Shown piece by piece: positions 37,101 through 49,600 of a stretch of DNA of 64,000 bases; within the stretch, counting starts at the first letter, position 1; every line of letters begins with the position of its first letter. A program made the position numbers and the translations under genes. Below the pieces are notes generated by a model, which was not told the DNA's origin, ran no database searches, and saw nothing but the letters and a program-made list of their open reading frames with translations. Origin of the DNA: Felis catus (lineage: Eukaryota); NCBI RefSeq assembly GCF_018350175.1, contig NC_058368.1, positions 234,114,001 to 234,178,000 of the forward strand, given 5' to 3'.

Positions 37101-38330
37101 GGGGGAGGAGCCAAGATGGCAGAACAGCATGAAAGTTTTTTGCGTGTCTCGCATCCATGAAATATGGCCAGAGAAACACTAAACCATCCTGTACACCTAG
37201 AAAACGGATCTGAGGATTAACACAACAATCCGCACAACCTGAACCACAGAATTCAGCAGGTACGCGGCGCGGAGAGCTGAACTCGGGGAGCGAGAAGGTG
37301 CAGGAAGGGAGGTGCTTCTGTGAGCGGAGAGAGGACAGAGACTGGGGGGGGGGGGGGCGGGGGAGAATACGGGAAAAGCACTCCCCCCAAAAGCAGCTGG
37401 AGAGAAAGTGGAAAAGTGGAAACAGCCGCAGGGACTGAACTAAAACGGGAGAAAGGAGAAGGGAGAAAGGCGAGGGTTTAAATTCCATCAAGACTGTGAA
37501 CAAGGGGAGCGCAAAGGCTGCAGCTCCGCAGCTCCCTACCTGGCGGTGCTCTGGTGGGAAGGGCGAGTGCCCGGGAGCCAAGTGGGGTCCGGGAGGTTCT
37601 CGGGCCACACGGGGAGAAGCGGTTCCACTGCCGGAAGGACAGTGGGTGGAGACTGTTGAAGCCACCCGGTCCCGGCAGACCCGGGAAGGCGGCCGTGTTC
37701 GCTGGTGCTGGAACAAGGTCGTTGAGGGTGAAGCCTGGTGCCAGGTGTGTGTTGCGATTTTCCATCATCCCTGAAAAGCTGCTGCTACACTGTCTCAGGA
37801 ACTTTTCTGGAGCGGGCTGGCACCCGGCCGCAGTCTCGGGCACCGGCAGCAGCAGGGTCCTGTGGGCGTTCCTGGGTGCGGCGGACATTCAGCCATTGCT
37901 CATTCGGCCATTGCTCGGGGAGACCCTCCCGCAGAGGGGCGGAGCGGGTCAAGGCCGCGGTCCTTCGGGAGTAAGGGGCCAGGGAAAACAGCCGCGTCTG
38001 AGACAAAACTCGGGAGAGAGGTGCTGCCGGGGGCCTGGTCACAGACGGTGAAAAAGAGGGGAGCAGACGAGAGCTGAAGACGGAGGACGGGTGCGCGATT
38101 GCTGACCCGGAAGAACAGACCAGGTGGCTGGGTGACGCCATTTTTACCATTCCCGCGCAGGCGCATACGCACCTACGAGCGCCGCAACACTCCACCCCAG
38201 GAGTCTAACAGCGCCATCTGGTGGAGAGCGGAGCCGTTACACCGAGCCCCGCCCAACTGGGCCAACCTCGTTCTTCAAGAGCAGAAGTCTCACCGCCTGC
38301 TTGGTTTACAGACTATAAAGAGCTACACAG
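37101..38330 (+). promoter_or_regulatory. L1 5'UTR CpG-rich internal promoter region
   Basis: Highest GC/CpG density in the window. YY1 motif at 37112-37120. Confidence 0.75.
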
Positions 38331-39055
38331 ACTGACTTCCAGGGGAAACGAAGCAATTTCAGTCCTACGTCAATCTGCTAGCAGGTCCATCTATTCAAAT
38401 TTCTTTCTTTTTTCTTTTTCTCTTTTATAAGTCTTTCCTTTTTCTTGAATACAGAAAGAGAAAAACTTCATTTTTTCTTTCAATTTCTTTTTAAAATATT
38501 TTATTTAATTTTTATTACTATATTTTTCGCTTTTATCTAAATTTTTTTCAAATTCTATCTTACTCCCATCATTTTATTTTAGTCTACTACAGTGTATTCA
38601 ATTTTTCAAATTTTCAAACGATTTCTTTTTCTTTTTTTTACCTTTTTCCCCTTTTTCATTTCTTTTCTTTTTTCTTAAATACAGAAAATAAAAAAATTCA
38701 CATTTATTTTTAATTTTTATTAAAAATATTTTTCTTTAATTTTTTTCTACTATATTCTTTACTTTTGTGGATATTTTTTCAAATTCTATTTTACCCCCAT
38801 CATCTTATTTTAGTCTACTTCAGTGTATTCATTTTTTCAAATTCTCAAACAATTTCCTGTGTTTTTCTCCTCCCTTTTTTCTTTAATCTGTCAAACCACT
38901 TTCAACACCCAGACCAAAACACACCAGGATCTAGCATTATCTATTCAATTTGTGTGTGTGTGTGTGTGTGTTTAATTTTCAATTTTAATATTTTTAATTT
39001 TAATTTGTTTTAATTTCAATTTTTCTACCTCATTAATTTCTTTTATCCCTTCAAG

Positions 39056-39933
39056 ATGACAAAATGAAAGAATTCACCCCAAAAGAGCACGAAGAAACAA
39101 CAGCCAGGGATTTAACCAACACAGATACAAGCAAGACGTCTGAACGAGAATTTAGAATCACGATAATAAGAATACTAGCTGGGGTCAAAAATAGATTAGA
39201 ATCCCTTTCTGCAGAGATAAAAGAAGTAAAAAAATAGCCAGAATGAAATGAAAAATGCTCTAACTGAGCTGCAACCACGGATGGATGCAGTGGCGGCAAG
39301 GATGGACGGGGCAGAACAGAGAATCAGCGATATAGAGGACAAACTTATAGAGAATAACAAAGCAGAAAAAAAGAGGGAGATTAAGGCAAAAGAGCATGAC
39401 TTAAGAATTAGAGAAATCAGTGACTCATTAAAAAGGAACAACATCAGAATCATAGGGGTCCCAGAGGAGGAAGAGAGAGAAATAGGGATATAAGGGTTAT
39501 GTGAGCAAATCATAGCAGAAAACTTTCCTAACCTGGGGAAAGACACAGACATCAAAATCCAGGAAGCACAGAGGACCCCCATCAGATTCAACAAAAACTG
39601 ACCATCAACAAGGCATATCATAGTCAAATTCACCAAATACTCAGGCAAGAAGAGAATCATGAAAGCAGCAAGGGAAAAACGTCCCTAACCTACAAGGGAA
39701 GACAGATCAGGTTTGCAGCAGACCTATCCACAGAAACTTGGTAGGCCAAAAAGGAGTGGCAGGATATATTCAATGTGCTGAATCAGAAAAATATGCATCC
39801 AAGAATTCTCTATCCAGAAAGGCTGTCATTCAAAATAGAAGGAGAGATAAAAAGTTTCCCTGACAAACAAAAATTAAAGGAGTTTGTGACCACTAAACCA
39901 GCCTTGCAAGAAGTTTTAAGGGGGATTCTCTGA
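39056..39933 (+). pseudogene. L1 ORF1 (RNA-binding chaperone), disrupted
   Basis: Remnant 'RISDIEDKL...LREISDSLKRNNIRIIGVPEEEE'-like coiled-coil/RRM start. TGA at codon 4, further stops (e.g. ~39599, ~39742) and frameshifts. Confidence 0.93.
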
Positions 39934-39956
39934 GGGGAGAAAAGATGAAAAAATGT

Positions 39957-39971
39957 GTATATAATATATAT

Positions 39972-40017
<46 letters not shown>
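39957..40017. repeat. (TA)n microsatellite in the L1 inter-ORF spacer
   Basis: About 20 perfect TA units. Confidence 0.95.
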
Positions 40018-40019
<2 letters not shown>

Positions 40020-40086
40020 AAAAGCAACAAAAGACTAGAAAGGACCAGAGAACACCACCAGAAATTCCAACTCTACAAGCATCATA

Positions 40087-43000
40087 ATGGCAATAAATTT
40101 ATATCTTTCTGTACTCACTCTAAACATCAATGGACTCAATGCTCCAATCAAAAGACATAGGATAACAAAATGGATAAGAAAACAAGATCCATCTATATGC
40201 TGTTTACAAGAGACCCACTTTAGACCTAAGACACCTTCAGATTGAAAATAAGGGGATGGAGAACCATCTATCATGCTAATGGTCAACAAAAGGAAGCCGG
40301 AGTAGCCATACTTATATCAGACAATTTAGACTTTAAAAGAAAGACTGTATTAAGAGATGCAGAAGGGCATTATATCATAATTAAGGGGCCTATAGACAAG
40401 AAGACCTAACAATTGTAAACATTTATGCGCCAAATGTGGCGGCACCCAAATATATAAATCAATTCATCACAAACATAAAGAAACTCATCGATAGTAATAC
40501 CATAACAGCAGGAGAGTTCAACACCCCTCTCACAGCAATGGACAGATCATCTAATCAAAAAATCAACAAGGAAACAATGGCTTTGAATGACACACTGGAC
40601 CAGATGGACTTAACAGATATATTCAGGACATTTCATTCTAAAGCAGCAGAATATACGTTCTTCTCCAGCATACATGGAACGTTCTCCAGAATAGACCATA
40701 TACTGGGACACAAATCAGCCCTAAATAAGTACAAAAAGATCGAGATCATACCGTGCATATTTTCAGACCACAATGCTATGAAACTCAAAATCAACCAAAA
40801 GAAAAAATTTGGCAAAGTAGCAAATACTTGGAGACTGAAGAACATCCTACTAAAGAATGAATAGGATAACCAAGCAGTTAAAGAGGAAATTAAAAACTAT
40901 ATGGAAGTCAATGAAAACGATAACACCACAACCCAAAACCTCTGGGACATAGCAAAGGCAGTCATAAGAGGAAAGTATATAGTAATCCAGGCCTTCCTAA
41001 AGAAGGAAGAAAGATCTCAGATACACAACCTAACCTTACACCTTAAGGAGTGGAAAAAGAACATAAATAAAACCCAAAACCAGCAGAAGATGGGAAATAA
41101 TAAAGATTAGAGCAGAAATTAATGCTATCTAAACCAAAAAAACAGTAGAACAGATCAATGAAACCAGAAGCTGGTTCTTTGAAAGAATTAACAAAATTGA
41201 TAAACCACTAGCCAGTTTTATCAAGAAGAAAAAGGAAAGGACCCAAATTAATAAAATCAAGCATGAAAGAGGAGAGATCACAACCAACACAACAGAAATA
41301 AAAACAATAATAAGAGAATATTATGAGAAATTATATTCCAATAAAATGGGTAATCTGGAAGAAATGGAAAAATTCTTAGAAACATATACACTACCAAAAC
41401 TAAAACAGGAAGAAATAGAAAATTTGAACAGACCCATAACCAGTAAGGAAATCGAATTAGTAATAAAAAATCTGCCAAAAAGCAAAAGTCCAGGGGAATT
41501 CTACCAAACATTTAAGGAAGAGTTAACACCTATTCTCTTGGAACGGTTCCAAAAAAAATAGAAATGGAAGGAAAACTTCCAAACTTTTTCTATGAAGCCA
41601 GCATTACCTTGATTCCAAAACCAGACAGAGACCCCACTATAAAAGGAGAACTATAGACCAATTTCCCTGATGAACATGGATGCAAATATCCTCAACAAAG
41701 TATTAGCCAACCGGATCCAACAATACATTAAAAAAATTATTCACCACGACCAAGTGGGATTTATACCTGGGATGCAGGGCTGGTTCAATATCTGCAAAAT
41801 AATTAACATGATTCATCACATCAATAAAAAAAGTACAAGAACTACATGATCCTCTCAATAGATGCAGAGAAAGCATTTGACGAAATACAGCATCCTTTCT
41901 TGATAAAAACCCTCAAGAAAGTAGGGATAGAAGGATCATACCTCAAACTCATAAAAGCCATATATGAACAACCAAACGCTAATACCATCCTCAATAGGGA
42001 AAAACTGAGAGCTTTCCCCCTAAGGTCAGGAAGAAGACAGGGATGTCCACTCTCGCCACTGTTATTCAGCATAGTACTGGAAGTCTTAGCCTCTGCAATC
42101 AGACAACACAAAGAAATAAAAGGCATCCAAATCAGCCGGGAGGAGGTCAAACTTTCACTCTTTGCAGATGACACGATACTCTATATGGAAAACCCAAAAG
42201 ATTCCACCAAAAAACTGCTACAACTGATTCATGAATTCAGCAAAGTTGCAGGATATAAAATCAATGCACAGAAATTGGTTGCATTCCTATACACCAACAA
42301 TGAAACAACAGAAAGAGAAATCAAGAAATCGATCCCATTTAAAATTGCACCAAAAACTATAAAATACCTAGGAATAAATCTAACCAAAGAGGTGAAAAAT
42401 CTATACACTGAAAACTATAGAAAGCTTATGAAAGAAATTGAAGACACAAAAAAAATGGAAAAATATTCCATGCTCCTAGATAGGAAGAACAAATATTGTT
42501 AAAATGTTGATACTACCCAAAGCAATCTACATATTCAATGCAATCCCTATCAAAATAACACCAGCATTCATCACAGAGGTAGAACAAACAATCCTAAAAT
42601 TTGTATAGAACCAGAAAAACCCCAAATAGCCAAAGCGATCTTGAAAAAGAAAACCAAAGAGGAGGCATCACAATCCCAGACTTCAAGCTATACTACAAAG
42701 TTGTAATCATCAAGACAGTATGGTACTGGCACAAGAACAGACACTCAGATCAATGGAACAGAATATAGAACCCAGAAATAGACCCACAAACGTATGGCCA
42801 ACTCATCTTTGACAAAGCAGGAAAGAATATCCAGTGGAATAAAGACAGTCTCTTCAGCAAGTGGTGCTGGGAAAACTGGACAGCGACATGCAGAAGAATG
42901 AACCTGAGCCACTTTCTTACACCATCCACAAAAAGAAACTCAAAATGGATGAAAGATCTCAATGTAAGACAGGAAGCCGTCAAAATCCTTTAGGAGAAAG

Positions 43001-43275
43001 CAGGCAAAAACCTCTTTGATCTTGCCCGCAGCAACTTCTTACTCAACACGTCTCCGGAGGCAAGGGAAACAAAAGCAAAAATGAACTACTGGGACCTCAT
43101 CAAAATAAAAATCTTCTGCACAGCGAAGGAAACAATCAGCAAAACTAAAAGGCAACTGACAGAATGGGAGAAGATATTTGCAAATGACATATCAGAGAAA
43201 GGCTTAGTATCCAAAACCTATAAAGAACTTATCAAACTCAACCCCCCAAAAACAAATAATCCAGTGAAGAAATGG
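40087..43275 (+). pseudogene. L1 ORF2 (endonuclease + reverse transcriptase), disrupted and C-terminally truncated
   Basis: MAINLYLSVLTLNINGLNAPIKRHR start. EN motifs SRIDHILG and FSDHNAMKL. RT motifs [19 protein letters not shown] and LFADDT. Multiple stops and frameshifts. Confidence 0.97.
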
Positions 43276-43600
43276 ATGAAACACGTGTTTGTTTCAAAAA
43301 CAATGAAAAGTTAAAAGAAAATAAAAGAAAAAAAGACTCAAAAGACTAATGCTGCATAACTCAGTTTATATGAAGTTTAAGGGAAAATTATAGGGAAGAA
43401 CACAAATGTGGGATGTCGGGGGTGAGGCTGGGTGGAGGGGTTGGCTACGAACACATAAGAAAGCTTTTTTGGGTCATGGGACTATCTAGTATCATAATTA
43501 TGTTGGTGGCTACGTGACTGTAAAAGTTGATGGGCAGAATCATACATTAAAGAGGGTGACTTTTACTGTTTATAAAATATGTCTCAATCACTGATTTAAT
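43272..43600 (+). mobile_element. Old L1M 3'UTR (right part)
   Basis: 'atggatgaa...tcaaaaaca...tttatatgaagtt...ttttgggtcatgggactatctagtatc...tttactgtttataaaatatgtctcaat'. Confidence 0.7.
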
Positions 43601-45483
43601 GAAAAACTACTTGAGAGTTTTAATTCCTATATCCAAAGGAATACACATTCTCACATCTGAGCATCAGTGCACAAAGAAACATGAAAAGTGCAGTTAATTC
43701 ATCTGGTGAGAGACAGAGTTCAAAGGCAGGAAATCACAGGTGAAAGGTCTCATTTCCACGGAAAGGCTGAGAGAGGCAGACCCTAAAGAGAGACAAGTTG
43801 TGAGGTGGGGGTGGGGAGCACTCCCTCTGTTGTTTAATAAGGGAAAGATACTAAAGATTATAAGATCTCATTAGGGAACCCCGTGTTTTTGAAACCATTG
43901 TTGGAGACTCTGTAGTGATAGGAACAAAGATTCCTCAGGAAATTGAGGAAAGGTAGTGAATTAACCAGATTCCAAAACATTTGTGCTGGTTCTATTAATA
44001 AGAAGCTTAAGCCAATTCAATTCAATAGATATTGTAGCCTGTGGGCTTCCCCCTGGGAGCCACGTCTATGGAGAATATCATTTCTACAGCACAGTGTCCT
44101 GGGTGGGGGGTGCCCAGTTAAATAAAAGCACTCAAGAAATGGACAACCTTTGGCGAGCTGCCCCATCTGCTATCCGGTCCCAAGAACTCCACAGGGAAGT
44201 TCCAACCCTTAGGAGATGAACCAGCCAGAGATCCACAGGGTGCTTGGGTAACTGTGACTGGTGCATACTAGCAGGGGCCGAAATTCTTCCTCTGAACTTC
44301 CTTTTTCAATTGGGTTGAATCACATCCATTCCTCAGAAACTGGAAAGGTGCATATGTCAAATATTACCTATGAAGGAGATACAAAGATGCCTCAAATTGA
44401 TGTTAGATTCTTGAAAATCTCAGCAAATGTGAAAGGAAGCCCAGGGAAGTTTCCTTGTGAAGCAAGCAGGGGCCCCTTTAATGACCTCCACCCTCACTCC
44501 ACCCCTGTCAGCTTCATCCTCTGGTGATAAGAATGTCCACACATTTATTCAATACATGTCTTAAAATCCCACAGACACATTGAAGGCTCGAGCACAGAAC
44601 CAGAACAATCTGTTAAGGTCTAGCCGAATACTCATGGATAAAAGTAAGGAAAAATGCCCAACATTTTATATTGAACTTTTTAACAAGGCTAGAAGTCTCT
44701 CAGACTGTACACAGAAACTGGCAATTCCATATATAATGGATGGGTTTTGCCACCAAAAGTCTATTAAAGAATTTTTAAATCTACATTACAAATGAAACTA
44801 GGGAAGGCACCTTATAAACCACACAGGTCCTGAAGTTTAGCAAAGTGAGACTATGAAGCAAGAGAACAGAAATCTTAGTAAACATCCATCATTAATTGAA
44901 AACCTGAGAAACTGTACTGCTATAGTCTAATTCATCTCTTTTCCTTTTTGTCCTTATTTCCATTTAGATGAACATAAATAAGCTGCAGAAGAAAACCAAA
45001 CTGGGTCACTTTTTAAATTAAACATAAAATATTAAATAATTAAACAAAATAAATATTGGATAATGACACCAGCGTAGGTGTAAGAACAGGGCTGAATTTT
45101 GCAAAGGGTTGACCCGGATGGAAAACACAGACTGAGGAAATGCTTACATCAAGGTCAAGCTCAACAGCTCCTAGGGATTTTTTTCCATAGGACATTTACA
45201 AACATTCTTGGTTAGTCGTTACATAAACCCCGAAATGAGGGGCTTGATTCACAGTTGCTGAAAATGAAAAGAACTCCAATGTCTTGCAACTGGTGAATGG
45301 ACAAGCAAGGTGTGGTATGTTCATTCAACACATAGCAATAAAAATTAACAAGCTGATACATGCATCTAAATGGGAATGTAGCATGTTTCCTAGAACTAAT
45401 TCCACTGTTCACCCATCTTTGCCAAAACATAGGCTGACGTCTCTTGGTGAATAAAAATAAAAATAATAATGACAAGGGGTTCC

Positions 45484-45700
45484 TGGCTCATATTAATCAA
45501 GCGCTTACCGTATGCCGAGTGTTCTTCTAAATGCTTCACATATACTCACTCCCTTAATCTTCACAATGTCTCCATGAAGTAGGTCCTGTGATTATCCTCA
45601 TTTTTCAATGAGAAAATCCAAGGAAAGAAAGGTCACTGACTTGCCCAAGGCCACACAGCCAACAAGTGGCACGGCAAGGATCCAAGCTCTTTCTGGCATC
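45484..45700 (-). mobile_element. MIR
   Basis: 'gcgcttaccgtatgcc...ttaatcttcacaa...attatcctcattttt..atgagaaaa...gacttgcccaaggccacacagc'. Confidence 0.8.
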
Positions 45701-46396
45701 ACCTAAACCCCTCACCGACGGGATACCTGCTTCTTATAAGAGCTTGACTTTTACTGATATTCCTAAGTTTTCCTCGGCGGCACCAGAATTCCTTGCTAAA
45801 TGCTAAATCATGTCTTACTAGACAAAATATGCTCTAGGTTGAACGGGAAAATATGCGCCAATTGGACATGAGCTGCTTCTGGGTTGGCATAAATAAAAGC
45901 TTATTTGTTACATATTGTCATTATGTTATTTTTTACTTCAAAAATTCTAGCTTCCCTTTAAAGCATATTTCACATATTTCCATACAAATATTCCCTTGTG
46001 CTGAAAATCACCCAATAAACAAATGTGGTGATTGGATGGAAGTGGAGATTGGCCTACAATTTTGTTTTATTCTCACTTTCAAGCAGAATTTTCAGTGAAG
46101 CTGAGAAAAAGAGAGGGCACACGTCCCAAACCAGGAGGTGCTGTCCAATGTCCAGAGCCAGCAGGGAGGCCAACTGGGGAACCTGTGCCCATGTACCTAT
46201 GTTCCAGCTCCTTGATCCCAAGAGCAGGGAAGGAAGTGTTACCTCCAAACTCTTACAAAACACCTTACTGCCATTTATATCATTGTGTCTATCAATCCCC
46301 AGGCACAGAAGGTAGGTGTAAGGGGAATTGTTTGAGTAAGAGAAAATCGCAATACAATTTGAGGATTCTTCTCGAGGCACTGGGTTTTTTGTTCTT

Positions 46397-46623
46397 TTTT
46401 TTTTAATTTTTTTTAATGTTTATTTATTTTTGAGACAGAGAGAGACAGAGCATGAACGGGGGAGGGGCAGAGAGAGAGGGAGACACAGAATCCGAAACAG
46501 GCTCCAGGCTCCGAGCTGTCAGCACAGAGCCCGACGCGGGGCTCGAACTCACGGACCGGGAGATCATGACCTGAGCCGAAGTCGAACGCTTAACCAACTG
46601 AGCCACCCAGGCGCCCCCCCCCC
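46397..46623 (-). mobile_element. Fairly young CanSINE (SINEC_Fc)
   Basis: CpG-rich. TSD ggttttttgttctt. Extra C/T homopolymers at the 5' junction. Confidence 0.96.
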
Positions 46624-46909
46624 TTTTTTTTTTTTTTTGGTTTTTTGTTCTTACTGAAACACACTGTTTTTACATTAAATGGTAATGATACAGAAGCAGT
46701 GGAAACTGGAGAACTCTGAGAAAATTTGCAGGATAGAAAACCAAGAAAGAGGCCGATTTTAGCACCACTTTAAGATTATATTCCTGGATTCATGGATTCA
46801 AAGTACGACAAGAGGCATTTTCACCGAGTTCAACCCTTATCTTGCAGATGAAGACTGAGTCCCAGGGGATTCACTGACTTGTGAATTGTTGCACAGAAAG
46901 TGATTTCTT

Positions 46910-47137
46910 TTTTTTTTTTTTTAATTTTTTTTTCAACGTTTATTTATTTTTTGGGACAGAGAGAGACAGAGCATGAACGGGGGAGGGGCAGAGAGAGAGG
47001 GAGACACAGAATCTGAAACAGGGTCCAGGCTCTGAGCCATCAGCCCAGAGCCCGACGCGGGGCTCGAACTCACGGACCCGAGATCGTGACCTGGCTGAAG
47101 TCGGACGCTTAACCGACTGCGCCACCCAGGCACCTCC
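46910..47137 (-). mobile_element. Young felid SINE (SINEC_Fc)
   Basis: Perfect 16-bp TSD cagaaagtgatttctt (46894-46909 and 47138-47153). Confidence 0.97.
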
Positions 47138-47889
47138 CAGAAAGTGATTTCTTAAGCAATTCCCATTTGAATACAACTCTCACACCTCAAAAATACAATG
47201 CACAGGTAAACATTTTGCAAATAAATATATAGGAGGTGAATGCGGAGGAATGTAGTATAAAAATGAGAGTTCAGCTGCAGCAAAGAACTGCAGTCTGGCA
47301 TCTTGGACAAGTCAAAGTGCAAAGATTGAATCGGCTTATGGCCGCAACCCACCAGGATACACAGGTAGTACAGAAGAACGAGAGGGGGTAGTACAGTTTA
47401 AAGCCAGTTGTGTCCATTTTGATAAGTCCCTACTCCCCTGAAAACCAATGACCTCTATCAACTGAGCCTACCAGTAATGCTGGCTTGCCTGCATTGCAAA
47501 GTTGTTGCATAGATCCAATGACATAATCTATGTGGCTTTTCTTGTTAAATGAGGAGCACTACAAATGCTAATTCTTAGTACTGGGATTTTATTAATCAGT
47601 ATGTAGGGAGGACAACCCAGAGAGATGGCATGGATCCTATTTGATATTGTTAGGGTTGAACCTAAGTGTGGCAGTGAGGTGGAACAACAGTTACATACTT
47701 GAGGGAAGGAGGGTTTTTTTTTTTTTCCTTTCTCTTTCTCCTTCTTTTCTTCCCCTCCTCCTTCCCCTTCTTTTCTTTTGAAGGGTGGCCCTGAGAAGCA
47801 AGAATTGAGTTGATCGTATACCCTGATCCTTGAACATTAGCATCAGTGGAGATGATGCTTATCTTTTTTGCATAAATTGTCCCCTTTTC

Positions 47890-49600
47890 GACCCAGTCCC
47901 CAATCCCATTCCCTGACCTCCTCACCATGGAAACCACTGCCATTTGCTAAATGTCCTTGCAACCCACTTGCCATAAATTGTATCTCCATGCATTCATTTA
48001 TATAATACTGCTGTTAGTTGTGTGTTTTAATTTGTTTACATGTTCATTTTGCAGTAAATCTCATCTGTGCATTGCTCTTTTCAGAGCAACATTTGTTCCT
48101 GCTGTCATGCAAGGATATACTTCCTCCTTCTGTCTCTGCATTGCACCCCATCCTAAACACACAGCACACCATATTTATCCACTCCCCTACTGTTGAACTC
48201 CTAGGTTGCCTCTGATTCCTCACTACACTGACCATATCTCCTTGGATATTTGGGCAGATTTCTTGAAGAATATAAAAAGAGTAGTAGAGTTGCTGAATTA
48301 TATGATATCTATATACTCATTTTTGCTAGGCTATGCCAGGTTGCTTTTCAAAACAATGGCTTTGATAGTGTTCACCTCTAGCAGATCAGCAGGAGAGCTC
48401 CCGTTTTTGCCACAGTCCACCAACACATCTTTGGAAATAATTTCCCTTTTTTCATTCTCTACTTTAAAAAATTTGTTTGCTCTTCCTTTATTCCTTGATT
48501 AATTTTGCCAGAGCTTTGTCTACATGAAATCCTTTCAAAGAACCAGCTTTTGATTTTGTTTTTCAGCTCAACTATTTTTTGTCTGTTTTTTGTTCTTTGG
48601 TTTTGTTTTTAAGTTTATTCAGAGATGAGAGATTTATGGTATGGTTTATCTTATGGCATTGATTTACTGAGTTAAAATAGAATGTGTTAAATGTAACTAC
48701 ATTTGTATAGTTATCTATTTCTCCCTATCACTCCACCTGTTTTTATATATACTAAGGCCATATTATTAGGTTTCAATAGTTTCATGATTTTAACCTTCTT
48801 GATTCTTTTTTTTTTAATTTTTTTTTTTCAACGTTTTTATTTATTTTTGGGACAGAGAGAGACAGAGCATGAACGGGGGAGGGGCAGAGAGAGAGGGAGA
48901 CACAGAATCGGAAGCAGGCTCCAGGCTCCGAGCCATCAGCCCAGAGCCTGACGCGGGGCTCGAACTCACAGACCGCGAGATCGTGACCTGGCTGAAGTCG
49001 GACGCTTAACCGACTGCGCCACCCAGGCGCCCCTAATCTTCTTGATTCTTTACATCAAGTGAGAAAAAATATCAGTTTTGAGTAGTTCCTTAAATCTATT
49101 ACAAAAATCCCGTCTTTCCTTCATGATGTCATTCACTTAAAAGTTACCATTGTCTGATATTATAATTGCTGCACTAGCTTTCATTTGGTTCTAATGTATA
49201 TTTTTTACATTCACTTATTTTTAATCTTTCTATATTCTTTTTTTTTTGAGTCTCCTGTGTCTTTATGTAAAAATAAACTGAAATTGCTTGTCAATATACA
49301 CTGAAATCTTCTTCATAACTCAAACTGCACTCCCTTTGGGATACACTATTTAATCCACTTACATTTATTGTAAGTATGAATATAGTAAGACTTATTTTAG
49401 CCATCTTATTTTATGTTTTCCATTTACCATTCTTAATTACTTTTGTTTCTTATCTTCTTTTGTCTTACCTTCCCTTTGATATGTAAATTTATCTTCTGCT
49501 GGTTTCAAAATCCTTTATTATTCTGGTGATTGTCCTTAAATAATTGAAACTATACTTAGTTACTCCTCATACAAATATCTAAAGAGCATCAAAGTCTATA
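47890..49600 (-). mobile_element. Fragmented ancient L1M(E) relics
   Basis: 'tttatccactcccctactgttg...gttgctgaattatatg', 'tttcaaagaaccagctttt', 'tttaatccacttacatttattgtaa'. Confidence 0.6.
48806..49033 (-). mobile_element. Young felid SINE (SINEC_Fc)
   Basis: TSD taaccttcttgattcttt / taatcttcttgattcttt. Confidence 0.97.

Larger units (their letters stand above)
37101..43275 (+). mobile_element. 5'-complete felid/carnivore LINE-1, inactive, 3' end deleted
   Basis: Starts gggggaggagccaagatggc (YY1 site). CpG-rich 5'UTR, ORF1, (TA)n spacer and ORF2 EN/Z/RT present. No 3'UTR, poly-A or TSD. Confidence 0.97.

Noticed and set aside
37093..37716. 207-aa antisense ORF in the proximal L1 5'UTR
   Set aside because: TTG start, GC-rich stop-poor sequence, crosses a G homopolymer, and ends outside the element.
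37101..43275. Active, retrotransposition-competent L1
   Set aside because: Stops and frameshifts in both ORFs, a Z-domain deletion, and no 3'UTR or poly-A.
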